This document shows, one piece after another, positions 1 through 30,424 of a stretch of DNA of 64,000 bases (positions are counted from its first letter, which is position 1; each line of letters starts with the position of its first letter). The stretch comes from Salpingoeca rosetta (Eukaryota > Protista > Choanoflagellata). A program made the position numbers and the translations under genes. Under the pieces are notes generated by a model. That model was not told where the DNA came from, made no database searches, and was given only the letters and a program-made list of their open reading frames with translations. The stretch is taken from positions 374,845 to 438,844 of the forward strand of contig JAWQFM010000029.1 in assembly GCA_033442325.1 (NCBI GenBank), in the 5' to 3' direction.

Positions 1-1191
1 GCAAAGCTGGCTGCATACGGGCTGGGTGTTGGGTGCATGGATTGTGGTCAGGAGTGGCTGGCACCAGAGCAGCGTGCTGTTGCCCCACATCACCGCCAAA
101 GGTCAAAGTCAGCAGACATGTTTGCGTTTGGCCAGGTGATTGCATTCATCCGCATGCGTGGCAATGTCAGCAACACCACCACCCCCACCAGCAGCAGCAG
201 CGACAGTACCACCAGTACCACCACCAGCGCCATGGCTGGCGTTGTCAACGAGGGTGCAGAGGCGGCGTTTCAGGAAGCGGCCAAGTACGCCGTTGTGCGG
301 CTTACACGCAAGGCACCAGCACAACGCGTGAGCGCGGATGATTACCTCCGCACAGCAGAAGGCGGCGGCGTCTTCCTGTTCCAGGACCATGACCCGAGCG
401 ACGTGGCGGCGCGCTGCTTGTTGCCTGCGCTGCAGTTGAGCCAGGTGCGAGTGAAGAAACAGCAGTGCACAAGTGATGAGTGGCAGCAGCTAAGCGCCGA
501 CAAGAGGAACGCCATCGGCAAGTTCCTCAGCCAGTGGACGGGTGGGTATTGGTTGGCGCACACTGGTGTCGGTGGAGGACATGACAACGTCACTGACAAA
601 TGGAAGGCTGTGCTACGCCAAGGAATGCCAGCGCTGATGCATGCCATGGAACACAGTGGCGGCGACTGCAGCAGCAGCAGCACCTGTGGCGATGCGTGTG
701 ACTACAGTGATGACGTGCAAGGGCTGTTTCAATGCATGTACGACCTCGTGTACGATACCCAACCATGGTGCTCTGTGGAAGTGCTGCGTCAAGCTGGCTT
801 GCTGGATGAGACCACTCAGGCACTGTGCAAGGCGACACTGTATCGCCAGCTGAACCACATGCTCCCGTCTGTGTTTTTGTGTTTGCACAACTTCCGACGA
901 GCGTCAACGGCGCCCTTCAAGGCCGCACAGGCTCTGAGCCTGCACTTTGGACACGGTGGTGGCAACGCCAGCGAGAAGCAAAAGAAGCCCGCCACCATGG
1001 CGGCAACTGCGCAAGGCGAGTTGCAGGCGCTGCACCTTGACGATGATGCAATGGAGCTTTCGGCGCCAGACACGGAAGTGTCTAGTTCAACCATCAAAGC
1101 AAATCAGAAGAACAAGGCTGCGTTGAAGTCGGTGCAGCGGTGGTTAGCTGAGGATCAGATGGAAGACGATGACGCCGACGCAGATTGCTGA
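1..1191 (+). CDS. 5'-partial pseudokinase C-lobe followed by a degenerate KEN (IRE1/RNase L-like) domain
   Basis: Frame 1 is open from base 1: AKLAAYGL (DFG position changed to AYG), WLAPE, SADMFAFG and RVSADDYL match kinase subdomains VII-XI. Then DKWKAVL..PALMHAM...YSDDVQGLFQCM...LYRQLNHMLPSVFLCLH resembles the KEN pattern W...Y..V.DLL..IRN...YF...FP.L. The kinase call is firmer than the KEN call. Confidence 0.55.
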   Translation, partial: AKLAAYGLGVGCMDCGQEWLAPEQRAVAPHHRQRSKSADMFAFGQVIAFIRMRGNVSNTTTPTSSSSDSTTSTTTSAMAGVVNEGAEAAFQEAAKYAVVRLTRKAPAQRVSADDYLRTAEGGGVFLFQDHDPSDVAARCLLPALQLSQVRVKKQQCTSDEWQQLSADKRNAIGKFLSQWTGGYWLAHTGVGGGHDNVTDKWKAVLRQGMPALMHAMEHSGGDCSSSSTCGDACDYSDDVQGLFQCMYDLVYDTQPWCSVEVLRQAGLLDETTQALCKATLYRQLNHMLPSVFLCLHNFRRASTAPFKAAQALSLHFGHGGGNASEKQKKPATMAATAQGELQALHLDDDAMELSAPDTEVSSSTIKANQKNKAALKSVQRWLAEDQMEDDDADADC

Positions 1192-2188
1192 TGAGGGTGC
1201 GTTGGGGGGGGGGGGTTCCGTGCAGCGTGTTCGTTGTGAAGGGATTGTGTGTGTGTGTGTGTGTGTGTTTGTGTTTGTTATGTGTTTGTGTGTAAGCACA
1301 TGGTTGTGTTGTGAATTCTTCCATCTGCCTGCAGCCATGTACCGTGTGAGGTTGTCTCTGTCTGTGCCTTGCTTTTGCCGTTGTTGGTTTCTCTCTTGCT
1401 TTTTTTCGCTTGCGGTCGTGTGTCGTAAACTCCCTAACACTCCCAACAACCTCAAGCAGCAACACAAGCTAAGCGCGCGCACAGAGCGCATTGCCTCGCA
1501 CCTTCGCGAGCGCGTCGCAAACTGTTCCGTTGCCAAGTCTGTCGGCATGCAAGTGATGCGTGCTTGCAATGCTGTCACGCGATGTGACGGTGATGTGACG
1601 GTGATGTGATGTGCGCGTGGCGTGAGATGTGACTGTGTTCACATTGTGGCGAACAACAAACTTTGGGTGTTTTTGAACGGGGCAGCATGGATTTGGCGCG
1701 TTGTGTGTGCTTGGGGGAAATACCCATGAATTTTCTGCATGCATGCATGACACGGCGTTCAAAAACCAGTGTGCAATTGTTTTTGGTGCGGTTTTTGGGT
1801 CTCTCTCTTCTGTGTTTTTGGTTGTTTTGTGTGCGGTATGAACGCACAACCATGTGAACTCGGCACGTCATGGCCGAGCTTGGTTGCCGAGGGAAGGTGC
1901 TTCGCGACGACAACATGACAACATGACGGTTGTCGAGGAACAGTGCCACGCTGCCTGTGGGCTTGTTGGAGCTGTTGTGTCTCCTGCGTGTCGTCTCTCG
2001 CCACAACTGCGTGCCTTTGGTTTTTGTCTGTTGTCTGTTTTGTTGTGGACTGAGCGTGTGCCAGGTGTGCTGTTCATTTTCTTCGCACACCTGCACACAC
2101 AAAGCACAAGCACACATCTTCCAACTTCCCTCCACAAACCTACAAACACACATCCACGCACATCCACACATATCCACAAACCACCACC

Positions 2189-3417
2189 ATGGGATCCCCG
2201 CTGATGCTGGTTGCGCTGGCACTGGCGGCACTCACAGTCGCCTCCCTTCCTTCTGCGACCCTTGGGGTTAGTGGTCGAGGAAGACCTGGCACGCCCACTA
2301 TCGCGATGGCCACGTACCAGTGCGCCACTACCCTGCCTGGCTGTCCTTGTGTCCTGCGTATGGTTGAATGAAGGAAGAGGAAACAAAGTCTGTTTGCTTC
2401 GCATCGCGTGCCATGGGCGTCGATTTTTTGGGTTGTGCGTGCCGAAGCCGTTCTCTCAACCGCGGTACTGCTCAGGATCATTGCGTTGACTGCCGTTCTG
2501 CTTTTCCGCTTTCCCCTGTGCTTGTTGTGACAGGCCGTCACCCTCGGAGATGAGCTGACCGCCTCGGAGTTTTTCGATGAAACGGTACGACACCGCCGCT
2601 GCAGCAGCAGCAGAAGAGAAGGGAGACGCTCGTGTTGTGTAGTGAAGTGAAAATCAACGGACGGGATGACATGCGACATGCATTGGTTCTTTGATGGTGC
2701 AAATGCAGGCGTGTGGAAAAGGTGTGCGCGTGCGACCCTTTTCCTTTTGTAGCTCAACTCCTACTCACGCGAGACAGCAACTAACTGCCTTGTGTTGTTT
2801 GGTGCACCTGTTGCTGTGTGTAGGCCCTCACGACAAGCTGCAGCCAGCTGACCGCGTCTGCTGTTGGCTACTACTTTGAGAGCGGCCAAGCCACCGGCAT
2901 CTCCCGCTCACGTTGCACACTTGGCGGTTCCTGCCAGTGCGACCAGCTTGACACCTGCGATACCGGTGGTACGTCTTGTCTGTGTGTGTTGTGTTGTGCG
3001 TTGTGTGTGTGTGCGCGTGTACATATGTGCGTTGTGTGTTCCATGTGTTACGTGCGCAAGTGTACTTCTTGGGTATGTGTGCGCACACGCATACTTTTGA
3101 GGCATTCTACCGCTTGCGCTCCGCCATTTGTTCCACTTCAGTTGTCCTTCTTTCGTCCTCATCACACGTGGCTGCATGCAAAACATCCTGTGCAGACTGC
3201 CTCAGGGTGTATCGGTGCAACGACACGACCTTCAACGGATGCTTTGCCGTGACCAACTGCACTCAGAATAGCTTCGACACCACGTTGGAGGTTGGTGCCT
3301 CTGTTCATGCGGGCGGGAATAGACTATTTCCGCTGCCTTTTGTATTGCTGTCATTGGCCACCCTGCACGAATCCCCTCATGACCCCAAACAGAACCCACC
3401 CCATTTCATTATTTCTT

Positions 3418-3487
<70 letters not shown>

Positions 3488-4186
3488 CACACTCGCACAG
3501 GTGCAAGTTGACTGCAGTCGTGGGCTTCCACTGGACGAACGTAGCGAGGAAGATTTGGACTTGTTTGCCATGCGCTGGAAACAGGCCCTGAGCGATGATT
3601 GCGGCATCACTGGACGGGTGTGTGCGTGTATGTCTGTGTCTGTGTCTGTGTGGAGGTCGCTTCATCCCCACGCTGTGATGGCTCACACACATACAACCAC
3701 TACACACACACACACACACTCTCTCTCTCTCTCTCATACACTGACGCCACAACAGCATAAACGCACACATGCGCATTGTCAGCTGCGAATGCATGTACCA
3801 ACACAAGAATACACTCACTCACTCACTCACACACACACACACTCACTCGCTCGCTCCGCTCACACACACACACACTTACACATGCACACACACTTACACA
3901 CGCACAGTTGTGCCGGTACTATGGCGACACGGCAGAGTCGCTGCAAGTGATCAATGGATCCACCTTCCGCACCACCGCCCTCAATGCTGCCCATGCGGAA
4001 GACCTTGCGATTTGCGCAGAGACTGCGCAGTTTCGTTTCAACCGCTGCACCGTCGTGTCTGTGGTGGAGGTGTCGGCCACGACGACAACCACAACAACAA
4101 CGACAACAACCACAACGACCACAACAACAACAATCACAACAACCACAACAACCACAACAACCACAATAACCACCACCACTACTACG

Positions 4187-4235
<49 letters not shown>

Positions 4236-6114
4236 CTACAACGACAACGACAACGACCACAACAACAACAACAACTGCACCGCCTTGTGACTATGACTGC
4301 GAAGACAGTGTGCAGTTGTGCATCGGCAAGGTGCGTCGGACAGAACGTTGTTTGGCAGCTGGCACACAGTTTACATGCCTTTTGTCCTTTCGTCCTTCGT
4401 CTGCAGTCCTGCAGCATTGTTGTGTCTTGGCATCACGCGATCACTGCTGCCGGTCCTTGTGCAAGCTATTCACGCACACACATACACACACATACACACA
4501 CACGCACACACACGCACACATACACACACATACACACACATATACACACATATACACATACACATACAGGCGTCGCTGGACACGGGAAACGGGCGGGACG
4601 TCTTTGCAGAGTGCATGACAGCCAGATCACACCACAGCAGCGGCGCGTTTGTGGCGTTGGGAGTCTGCCTGGCAGACTGCGACGAAGTGACGGGCACCAC
4701 CACGCGCGATGAAACCCATCCAATCTACTTCTGCTAGTAAGATCCTGTCATTCAAAGTGTTGGTTCATGCAACGAGCTGTAAAGGGCATGTATGACTTTG
4801 TCTGCAATGTTGCCATCTGTTTCGCTCATGCCACCTGCCTTACTCGAGTACCGCATGCGGACCTACGGACCATGTTCATGCTCTGTGGTTGCGTACGAGT
4901 ATTCTCACACACGCACGCCTCCCACACACACGCACGCACACACACATACACGTAGTCAGATGTGCGCGTTCAGCACAGCTGATGTCGACTGCGATGTCGT
5001 GTTCACGTCAACTACCACAACAACAACGACGACAACAACAACCACAACAACAACGACTACTACGACAACTACGACAACGACCACTACGACGACTACGACC
5101 ACGACAACTACTACCACTACCACGACAACCACGACCACTACCACGACTACGACCACCACCACCTGCGCAACCACTGTCGCAACGGCGGGCACTGCAACGA
5201 GTGGACAGTCTGAATCGACAGACGTCATGTTCGCTTCCAACGGCATTGGCTATGCGTGCCCTGGGTCAGCGACGTATGTGATGACCATCGATCCCAGCGA
5301 CGACAGCGTCAACGCAACAGCCATTGATGTGTCTGCATACGGCACGAACCTGAACTGGTACGGCGGCGCATTCTCCAACGGATACGCCATCTGCGTCCCA
5401 TATCATTTGAAAAACATCGCGCTTGTCATCGACACCAGTGACAACAGCATTAGCACCACTACCTTTTCAACGTCTTGCTCCAGCGCTTGCTACCGAGGGG
5501 CCACTGCCGTCAACGGCAAGGTCTACGGCACACCATTCCGTGCATCGGAGCTGCTCATCATCGACGCTGCCACAGGCACCACAGACACCAGCATCGACGT
5601 GTCTGCTTACGCACCAGGCGTCACCTACAAGTGGGCTGGTGCCGAGGTGGCAGCTGATGGTCGCATCTTCATGGCGCCGTGGAGCAGCAACAATATCCTC
5701 GTCATCGATCCCGACACGAACGCCGTCTCCACCATTGCCATCCCAGCACTCGACAAAGCCTTCGCAGATCTTGTTGCAGCACCAAATGGCCTCCTCTTTG
5801 GCGTTCCCTCGGATGCCACCTACGTGCTCATTGTGGATCCTAGCGACGACAGCGTCGACACGACGAGCATCACCGACATCAGCTCTGGCACCTTCAAGTG
5901 GCTCGGTGGCGCTGCTGCTTCAGATGGCCTCTTGTACATGGTCCCGTCGAGTGCCTCAACCATCCTCGCTGTGAACCCAACAACCCTGGAAGTCACGGAA
6001 GAATCCTCGCCTGTCAAATACTGCGGCTTAGCCCGCACCGCTGACAATGGTGCTGTGTATTCGACAACGGGCTATGCTGCCGCCTTCTTGGTGATCGGGC
6101 CAACTTGTGCGTGA
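2189..6114 (+). CDS. Secreted Cys-rich, poly-Thr mucin-like protein with C-terminal beta-propeller-like repeats (multi-exon)
   Basis: Signal peptide MGSPLMLVALALAALTVASLPSATLG. GT-AG exons at about 2189-2266, 2824-2968, 3196-3290, 3501-3617, 3908-4330, 4570-4736 and 4956-6114; the junctions I checked join in frame (e.g. TA|T CAG ATG). Two poly-Thr tracts (4079-4277, 5011-5163). About 45-aa repeats of the form W.G...A.DG.(I/L)(F/Y)..P.....IL.(I/V)DP follow. Confidence 0.75.
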
Positions 6115-6983
6115 GCTGACTTGGGTGGGTGTGTTCTGTTCGCACAATCGTGGCACTGTATGGACCACGTGCGCCTCTGTGCTTTCGGTCTCTATGATGG
6201 CGCTTGTCCTCGTTGCTGCTGCTCGCTTGTTTTGTTTATGTGTGCATGTGTGCATGTGTGAAGGTGTGTGTGTGTGTCTACCACGTGGGCTTGTGTGTTG
6301 TGTGTGCCCGACCGGGTGTGGTTGCTTGCCGTGTGACTGCGTGGTATGATCGATCACACCGCGTGCTTGTTCTGAGGTGCTTTGCCCGTCATCCTCATCA
6401 AACCCGAGCTTGCAAGTGGGGTCCTGGTGCTCGTGTTTGACTGTGCATTGTGCCTTCGTTTAACACCATCTTCAGTGCTTCGTTTCGTGTCAGTTCGCCT
6501 GACGTTCTTTGCTTGAGGCTTTGATGGTGTTGGCGCTCTTCTAGTCTTCTGTCCGTCCAGGCCTGATCAATTCAGACAGTATGAGCAATGACTCGAGCGT
6601 GTGTGTGCCTGTATGCGTGTGCGTCTGTGCGTGGAAGCCATTGAAGCATTGAATCAAAAGAACAAGCAAGATTGCTGTCACGTGAGAGCAATATCAAATC
6701 ATGGAGCTGAGAGAAGTTGTCTAATTGAGAAAAGCAGTGCTCCAGTGTTAGACCGCTAGAGAGCAAGAACGCAAGAGTGTCGCTCGGCTGAGTGTTGGTG
6801 GTGTGTTGGTGTGTTGTTGTGTTGAGGGTGGTGAAAAGCAGGGAACAACACATGGGGCATTGTTGGCGATCTGTCGGCAGTGTTCATAATTTTCGAGCGT
6901 CAATGACGCTGGGAAGGAAGGCAAAGGAAGGACAAGACAAGCAAGAAGCAAGCGTGTCTGTGTTGTGCTTGCTCTGTGCGGCA

Positions 6984-12663
<5,680 letters not shown>

Positions 12664-13257
12664 AGTCGGAAGTGCTTGTGTGTGTGTGTGTGTGCGTGTG
12701 TGTGCTTGTGTGTGCTTGTGCTTGTGTTTGTGCGTGCTTGTGTGTGTGTGTGTGCAACGCGTGGGCACGTGGCGTTTGTGCAACACGTGGCGTTTTAGCG
12801 TATTAGTGTTTTGAGCTGCTGAAGTGTGGCCTCGTCATCATCGTCAGCACGGTGATGCTGTGCGGTGTTATTGTTATTTGATATTTGCTGTCCATAGGCC
12901 AGCATGTTTGCACGTGATAGCCGCTAATTTTCCCTCCTGTCATTCCACTCTCTCCTCTTTTGCTCAATTCTTCCGAGCACTGCGCCCACCTCTGTAAGCT
13001 ATTTCACATCACAGCGCTTCGCGTCACGTGGCGCATGCATTTACGTTTCGTCATGCAAACACTTTTCGCAAAGCAAACGGGGGAGAGAGGAAGGAAAGAT
13101 GGGGAAGTGATAACACGGCAGTTGTAAAGCAGTTTGGGGGAGAGACAAGCAGAGGGGGAAATGGGAGGAAGCTAAGGAGATGTGGCGTGTAATATGTGAA
13201 TGCATGGCGTGCCGCCACACACGTTCATGCACCACACAACAAAACACAAAAGCAAGC

Positions 13258-13328
13258 AAACTGACAAGCAAACTGACAAGCAACTGACAAGCAAACTGAC
13301 AAGCAAACTGACAAGCAAACTGACAAGC
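13258..13328. repeat. 12-bp tandem repeat (AAACTGACAAGC)x~6
   Basis: Seen directly; one unit is shortened by 1 nt. Confidence 0.9.
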
Positions 13329-13447
13329 ACACACACACACACACATACACACACGCACACACACACACACACACACACGAATAGACAAAGCAAACGAATC
13401 CCACACATCATCGTGTCCCTGTCACGCAACGACGAAGAAAGAGGACT

Positions 13448-15858
<2,411 letters not shown>

Positions 15859-17066
15859 TAAGTCCACAACTGTGGAGTGACCACCAGAGCGGTGGTGCGG
15901 GTGGGAGTCTTGTGCTTCTTCTTGTCTGCTTGTTGTGTTTGTTGTCAAAGGGAAAATGCTTCGGCAAGCGCAAGGCGGTGCACAAAACAACAATCAGCCA
16001 AGAAGAAGCAAGGCAATCGCACACCTTGTTGCCGTGCGTGCTTGCGTGGCAGACGCACACGATGTAGAAAAGGTGTCTGAGTTGTTACATTACGCGCGCT
16101 TGCACCACATTGCCGGATGCTTCTCACTTGATTGCGTCGGTGGTCAGGTCACGCACTTTCAGAGCAATTTGCGCCTTCCTGAAGTCCTGAAGTCAGAGTA
16201 CGCACCACACAAGAATCGCGAATCCCACAACAATTGCATGGTGACATGGGAAGACACTTGCGGGACGCGTGTGTGACATGCGCCCGATGCAAGGCAAGCC
16301 ACTCTTCTATTTTTATCTAGAGGCAGCTGAATAGCAGAAGTTGCTCTCGTGCAAAGGAATCGTCTGGCAAGTGGACTGCTGGACGTGTGCGTGTCACGAT
16401 CCTTCGCACACATCGCACGCTCCATCTCACATCACACACCACCGACTTGCTCGTTTGTGGGCCACTTCAATAGGGACGGTGTTTGCCAGCAAGACAGGGG
16501 CTTGAGGAATTGAGGACGCTTCTTGTGTTGTCTTGTTGTATCCGTTGTGGTTGTGGTTGCGTTCCTTCATCGCCGTTAGCCTCGGCGTTAGCCTCGCGGT
16601 GCTCACGCAAGGTGCGCTGTGAGGAAGAGCATCACACACCAACGCGCACTTCAGAGTGGAAGTGCAGCCTTGGTTGACGACTGATTTCAGTCTAACCAGA
16701 AATCCAAACAGCCACTAAAACCGCATCAAATCACATTGCAGAATAACATGGCTGTTTATTTTTTGGCTGGTTCGTTTTTTTGGATCGCCTGTGTGTCTTG
16801 GTCGGCGAACAACAAACAACGACCAAACAACAACAACAACCGCACACCACCTGCAGGCTCACACCTCATTGTGCTGCCTGCCTCACCACCACCACCACCA
16901 CCGCTCCGTCTCCGCATTTCTCTTCCTCCTCCTCCTCGTTTCGTTGCAGATGCACGGTGCTGCAACGGTGTTGGAACGAGAATAGCAGCACCGCAGCAGG
17001 AACTGCAGGGACACAAGCAGGAGCTTTTTGTGGCAGCTCGGCACTTGACACAACACAAGCTCCACG

Positions 17067-27487
<10,421 letters not shown>

Positions 27488-28469
27488 AGAGACACGTGCG
27501 TGCGCGAGCGTGTGCATGTGTGGAAGTGGGGAAGGGGGCCGGGAGAGGGATGGTGGTGAGGTGTATTTGTTTCCTTCTTGCTTTTGTTTGCTTGATGTGA
27601 CATGACATGAGTGTGTTTTGTACTGGTGCTTGTGCTTCAGCGTGTACTTAAAGGCGTGATTCTGCATCTTGTACATGAGACAGTTCACCCAGGCCTGTGC
27701 CTGTTCACAAATCCACTCGTAGGTCAACAATTGAAGCGCAGAACTGCATGTGATGCGACGCGACATGGCACACGACCGACGAGTGCTCGACATTGTGTTA
27801 CTCAAGTGCTTAAGGAAGCACGAAGATGGAGCGATGTGTCGTAGCAAGCTTCGCGTGTCATCAAACCATGTCACTGTCACAACCACACACGCTCAACCTG
27901 AATTGAGGATTGGCAACGTGCGTGGAGAATTGGGAATGATTTACGTGTGGAGGGGAACTGTAACTTGGTGCAATTGCGATGGAAACAGATGTGTCACGGG
28001 CAAAACCTTTCAGGAAGGAAGCCTGCATGTCTTCCTCTTGTTTGGCATTTCGCATGAGGTGACATTCAGGCGTCGACTGGTGTTTGGATTGTGGAGACGA
28101 ACAATCAAGCGGCAACCACGTCAAATCATCACACTGCACTCATTGGCCCACGAGCGTACGCTCTGTTCACGAATATGGTGAGTGTTGAACACAAGAACCT
28201 TGAGACATAACAACAGCCAGTCTATTGAGTGGGAGGACTGTTCGCTTGGCTTGAGGCACGTGTCCGCTGTCGCGCTGTCCTCGCCTTCGCTTGTGTCTAT
28301 GTCACGATGACATGTGATTCCGTGTTTCGACTGTTGCCAGAGTTCAACTGCACGAGATTCCTTGAATGAAGGATCACTCTCATCCTCATCTCATGGTGAA
28401 CAGGAAACGAGCAATTGCACCGATAGTCACTCGGCCAGTCTCCAGGACAATGAAGGCATTTCCTCCGAT

Positions 28470-30393
28470 ATGACGACAGGCACATACCACCAAGTCGTAC
28501 ACTATCACCATTATCATCACTATCACAACTATCATCACCATCACCACCATCATTCGTTTCTACATTCCAAGCCACAGCCTGATCAGCAGCAATCACCACA
28601 GCCACAACAACACCCACATCAACAGCCACACCAGCAGCAAGAGCACCCTACCCCACCGTCGGCCTCCAAGAAAGCGAAAGCGCAAGCCAGACGCGCGCGA
28701 AAGGAAGCACAGCGGCTGCAGCTGCTCGAGATGCAGCGGCAGATGGCAGAGCTGCAGAAGCAGTTGGCTGAGACCAGCGGCAGTGATGATGATGATGATG
28801 ACGATGATGATGACGATGATGTTGGTGTTGGGGTCGGTAATCAACAAGGCCCAATGTCCGATCAGCCATTGGCGCCATCCACGGCTCAAGCAGCACCATC
28901 GAGTCAGCCGCAGCCCATCGCAGCACCTGCATCCAACAGCGGTAGCGGCTTCCATCGCGATGCTGAGCCAACAGATGGGACGGCAACAGTTGTGGTCGAT
29001 GACGATGATGATGATGAGATTGACGCGGATGCTTCAGTAGCTGGTGAGAACATGGCAGTTGCTGACAAGCCTGTGGACGACGACGTTAAACACAATCATC
29101 ACCACCACCACCACCACAAAGGCAACGCCGCCGATGCCAGCAACGGTGGCGTTGACATTGACGTGGCAGATACCACCGCCGTCACGGCATCTTACGATGA
29201 GTATCAGTATTATGACCACGGAGAGCACGGCAATGATGAAGACGATGAAGATGATGGGTTTGGGTTCAAGACGCCACCAAACACGCTGAAGGAGGATGGC
29301 GAGGGCGATGGTCAGGCATCGGCATGCACAGCAAAGACAGACGCACCGCCCAATGTGGCTGACGCAGCCAGTGCTGCTGGAGCGATGACGGCTCCCAAAC
29401 CAACACCAACGCACGTGCCCGGCAGCAAGGCTTCAGCACCACCGCTCGAACATCCTTTGGGTGGGGGGTACAGCTCACACCAGCAAGCCACCACCCAACA
29501 ACAACAGCAGCAGCAGCAGCAGCAGCAGCACCAACCACATCAACAACAACCGCAATCATCGTCATCAACGCCCCACGTGCCTGGCAGTAAGGCAACAGCG
29601 CCGCCAGGATCATCACCGTCGTCGTCACAGCACCAAACGCAGTCGTCTGCCATGACCAAGTTTCCCACCAACCCTTCAGCTGCTGCAACCACGACATACC
29701 ACCAACACGACACAGCAGGTGCGAGTGTGTGCGTGTGTGTGTGTGCGTGATGTGTGCTTGAGTGTGTGTGTGTGTGCGTGGGTGTGTGCGTGGGTGTGTG
29801 CGCGGGTGTGTGCGTGAGTGTGTGCGTGGGTGGGTGAAGTGTACGCTTGTATGTATGATGTTGTTGCGTTTGTGAGGTTGTGGTCACTTGAACTTGTGTT
29901 CCTCCCATTCATCCAATCTGCAATTTTTTTTTCAACAGCTGGCCCTCACGTTGCCGGTGCAGTGACGCAACAGCCGAAACCAATGCGCGACGTCACAGTG
30001 GTGCGTTGAAGAACACACCCCAACAACATGCAACACACATGCACACACACACACACATATGCACACACACACACACATTCAAACACACACACACAAACAC
30101 ACACCACACACATACACACACATACACACCCCCCCCCTCTCTCTTTCAAATACACATCACGAACGCATTCCGCTGTCCTCACATGCTGCTTCCTGTGACG
30201 TCATCGCTTCTGTTGCGCAGCACGTGCACGTGATGGAGGCGCCCGGACAAATCATCCACATGCTCGGGAGCCACCCGGTATTTGGCCGATATTACGACGA
30301 AGATGGCAAGGAGGTCTGGATGCCAAACGCCGAAACACGGCTGCCAGAGCAACAAGACGACGACGACAATGATGCCGATGATGGTATTGCTGA

Positions 30394-30424
<31 letters not shown>

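Noticed and set aside
13258-13328. Regular short repeats resembling a CRISPR array (also TGTACATCTG repeats at ~8057-8116)
   Set aside because: Head-to-tail with no spacers, in a eukaryotic context with no cas genes.
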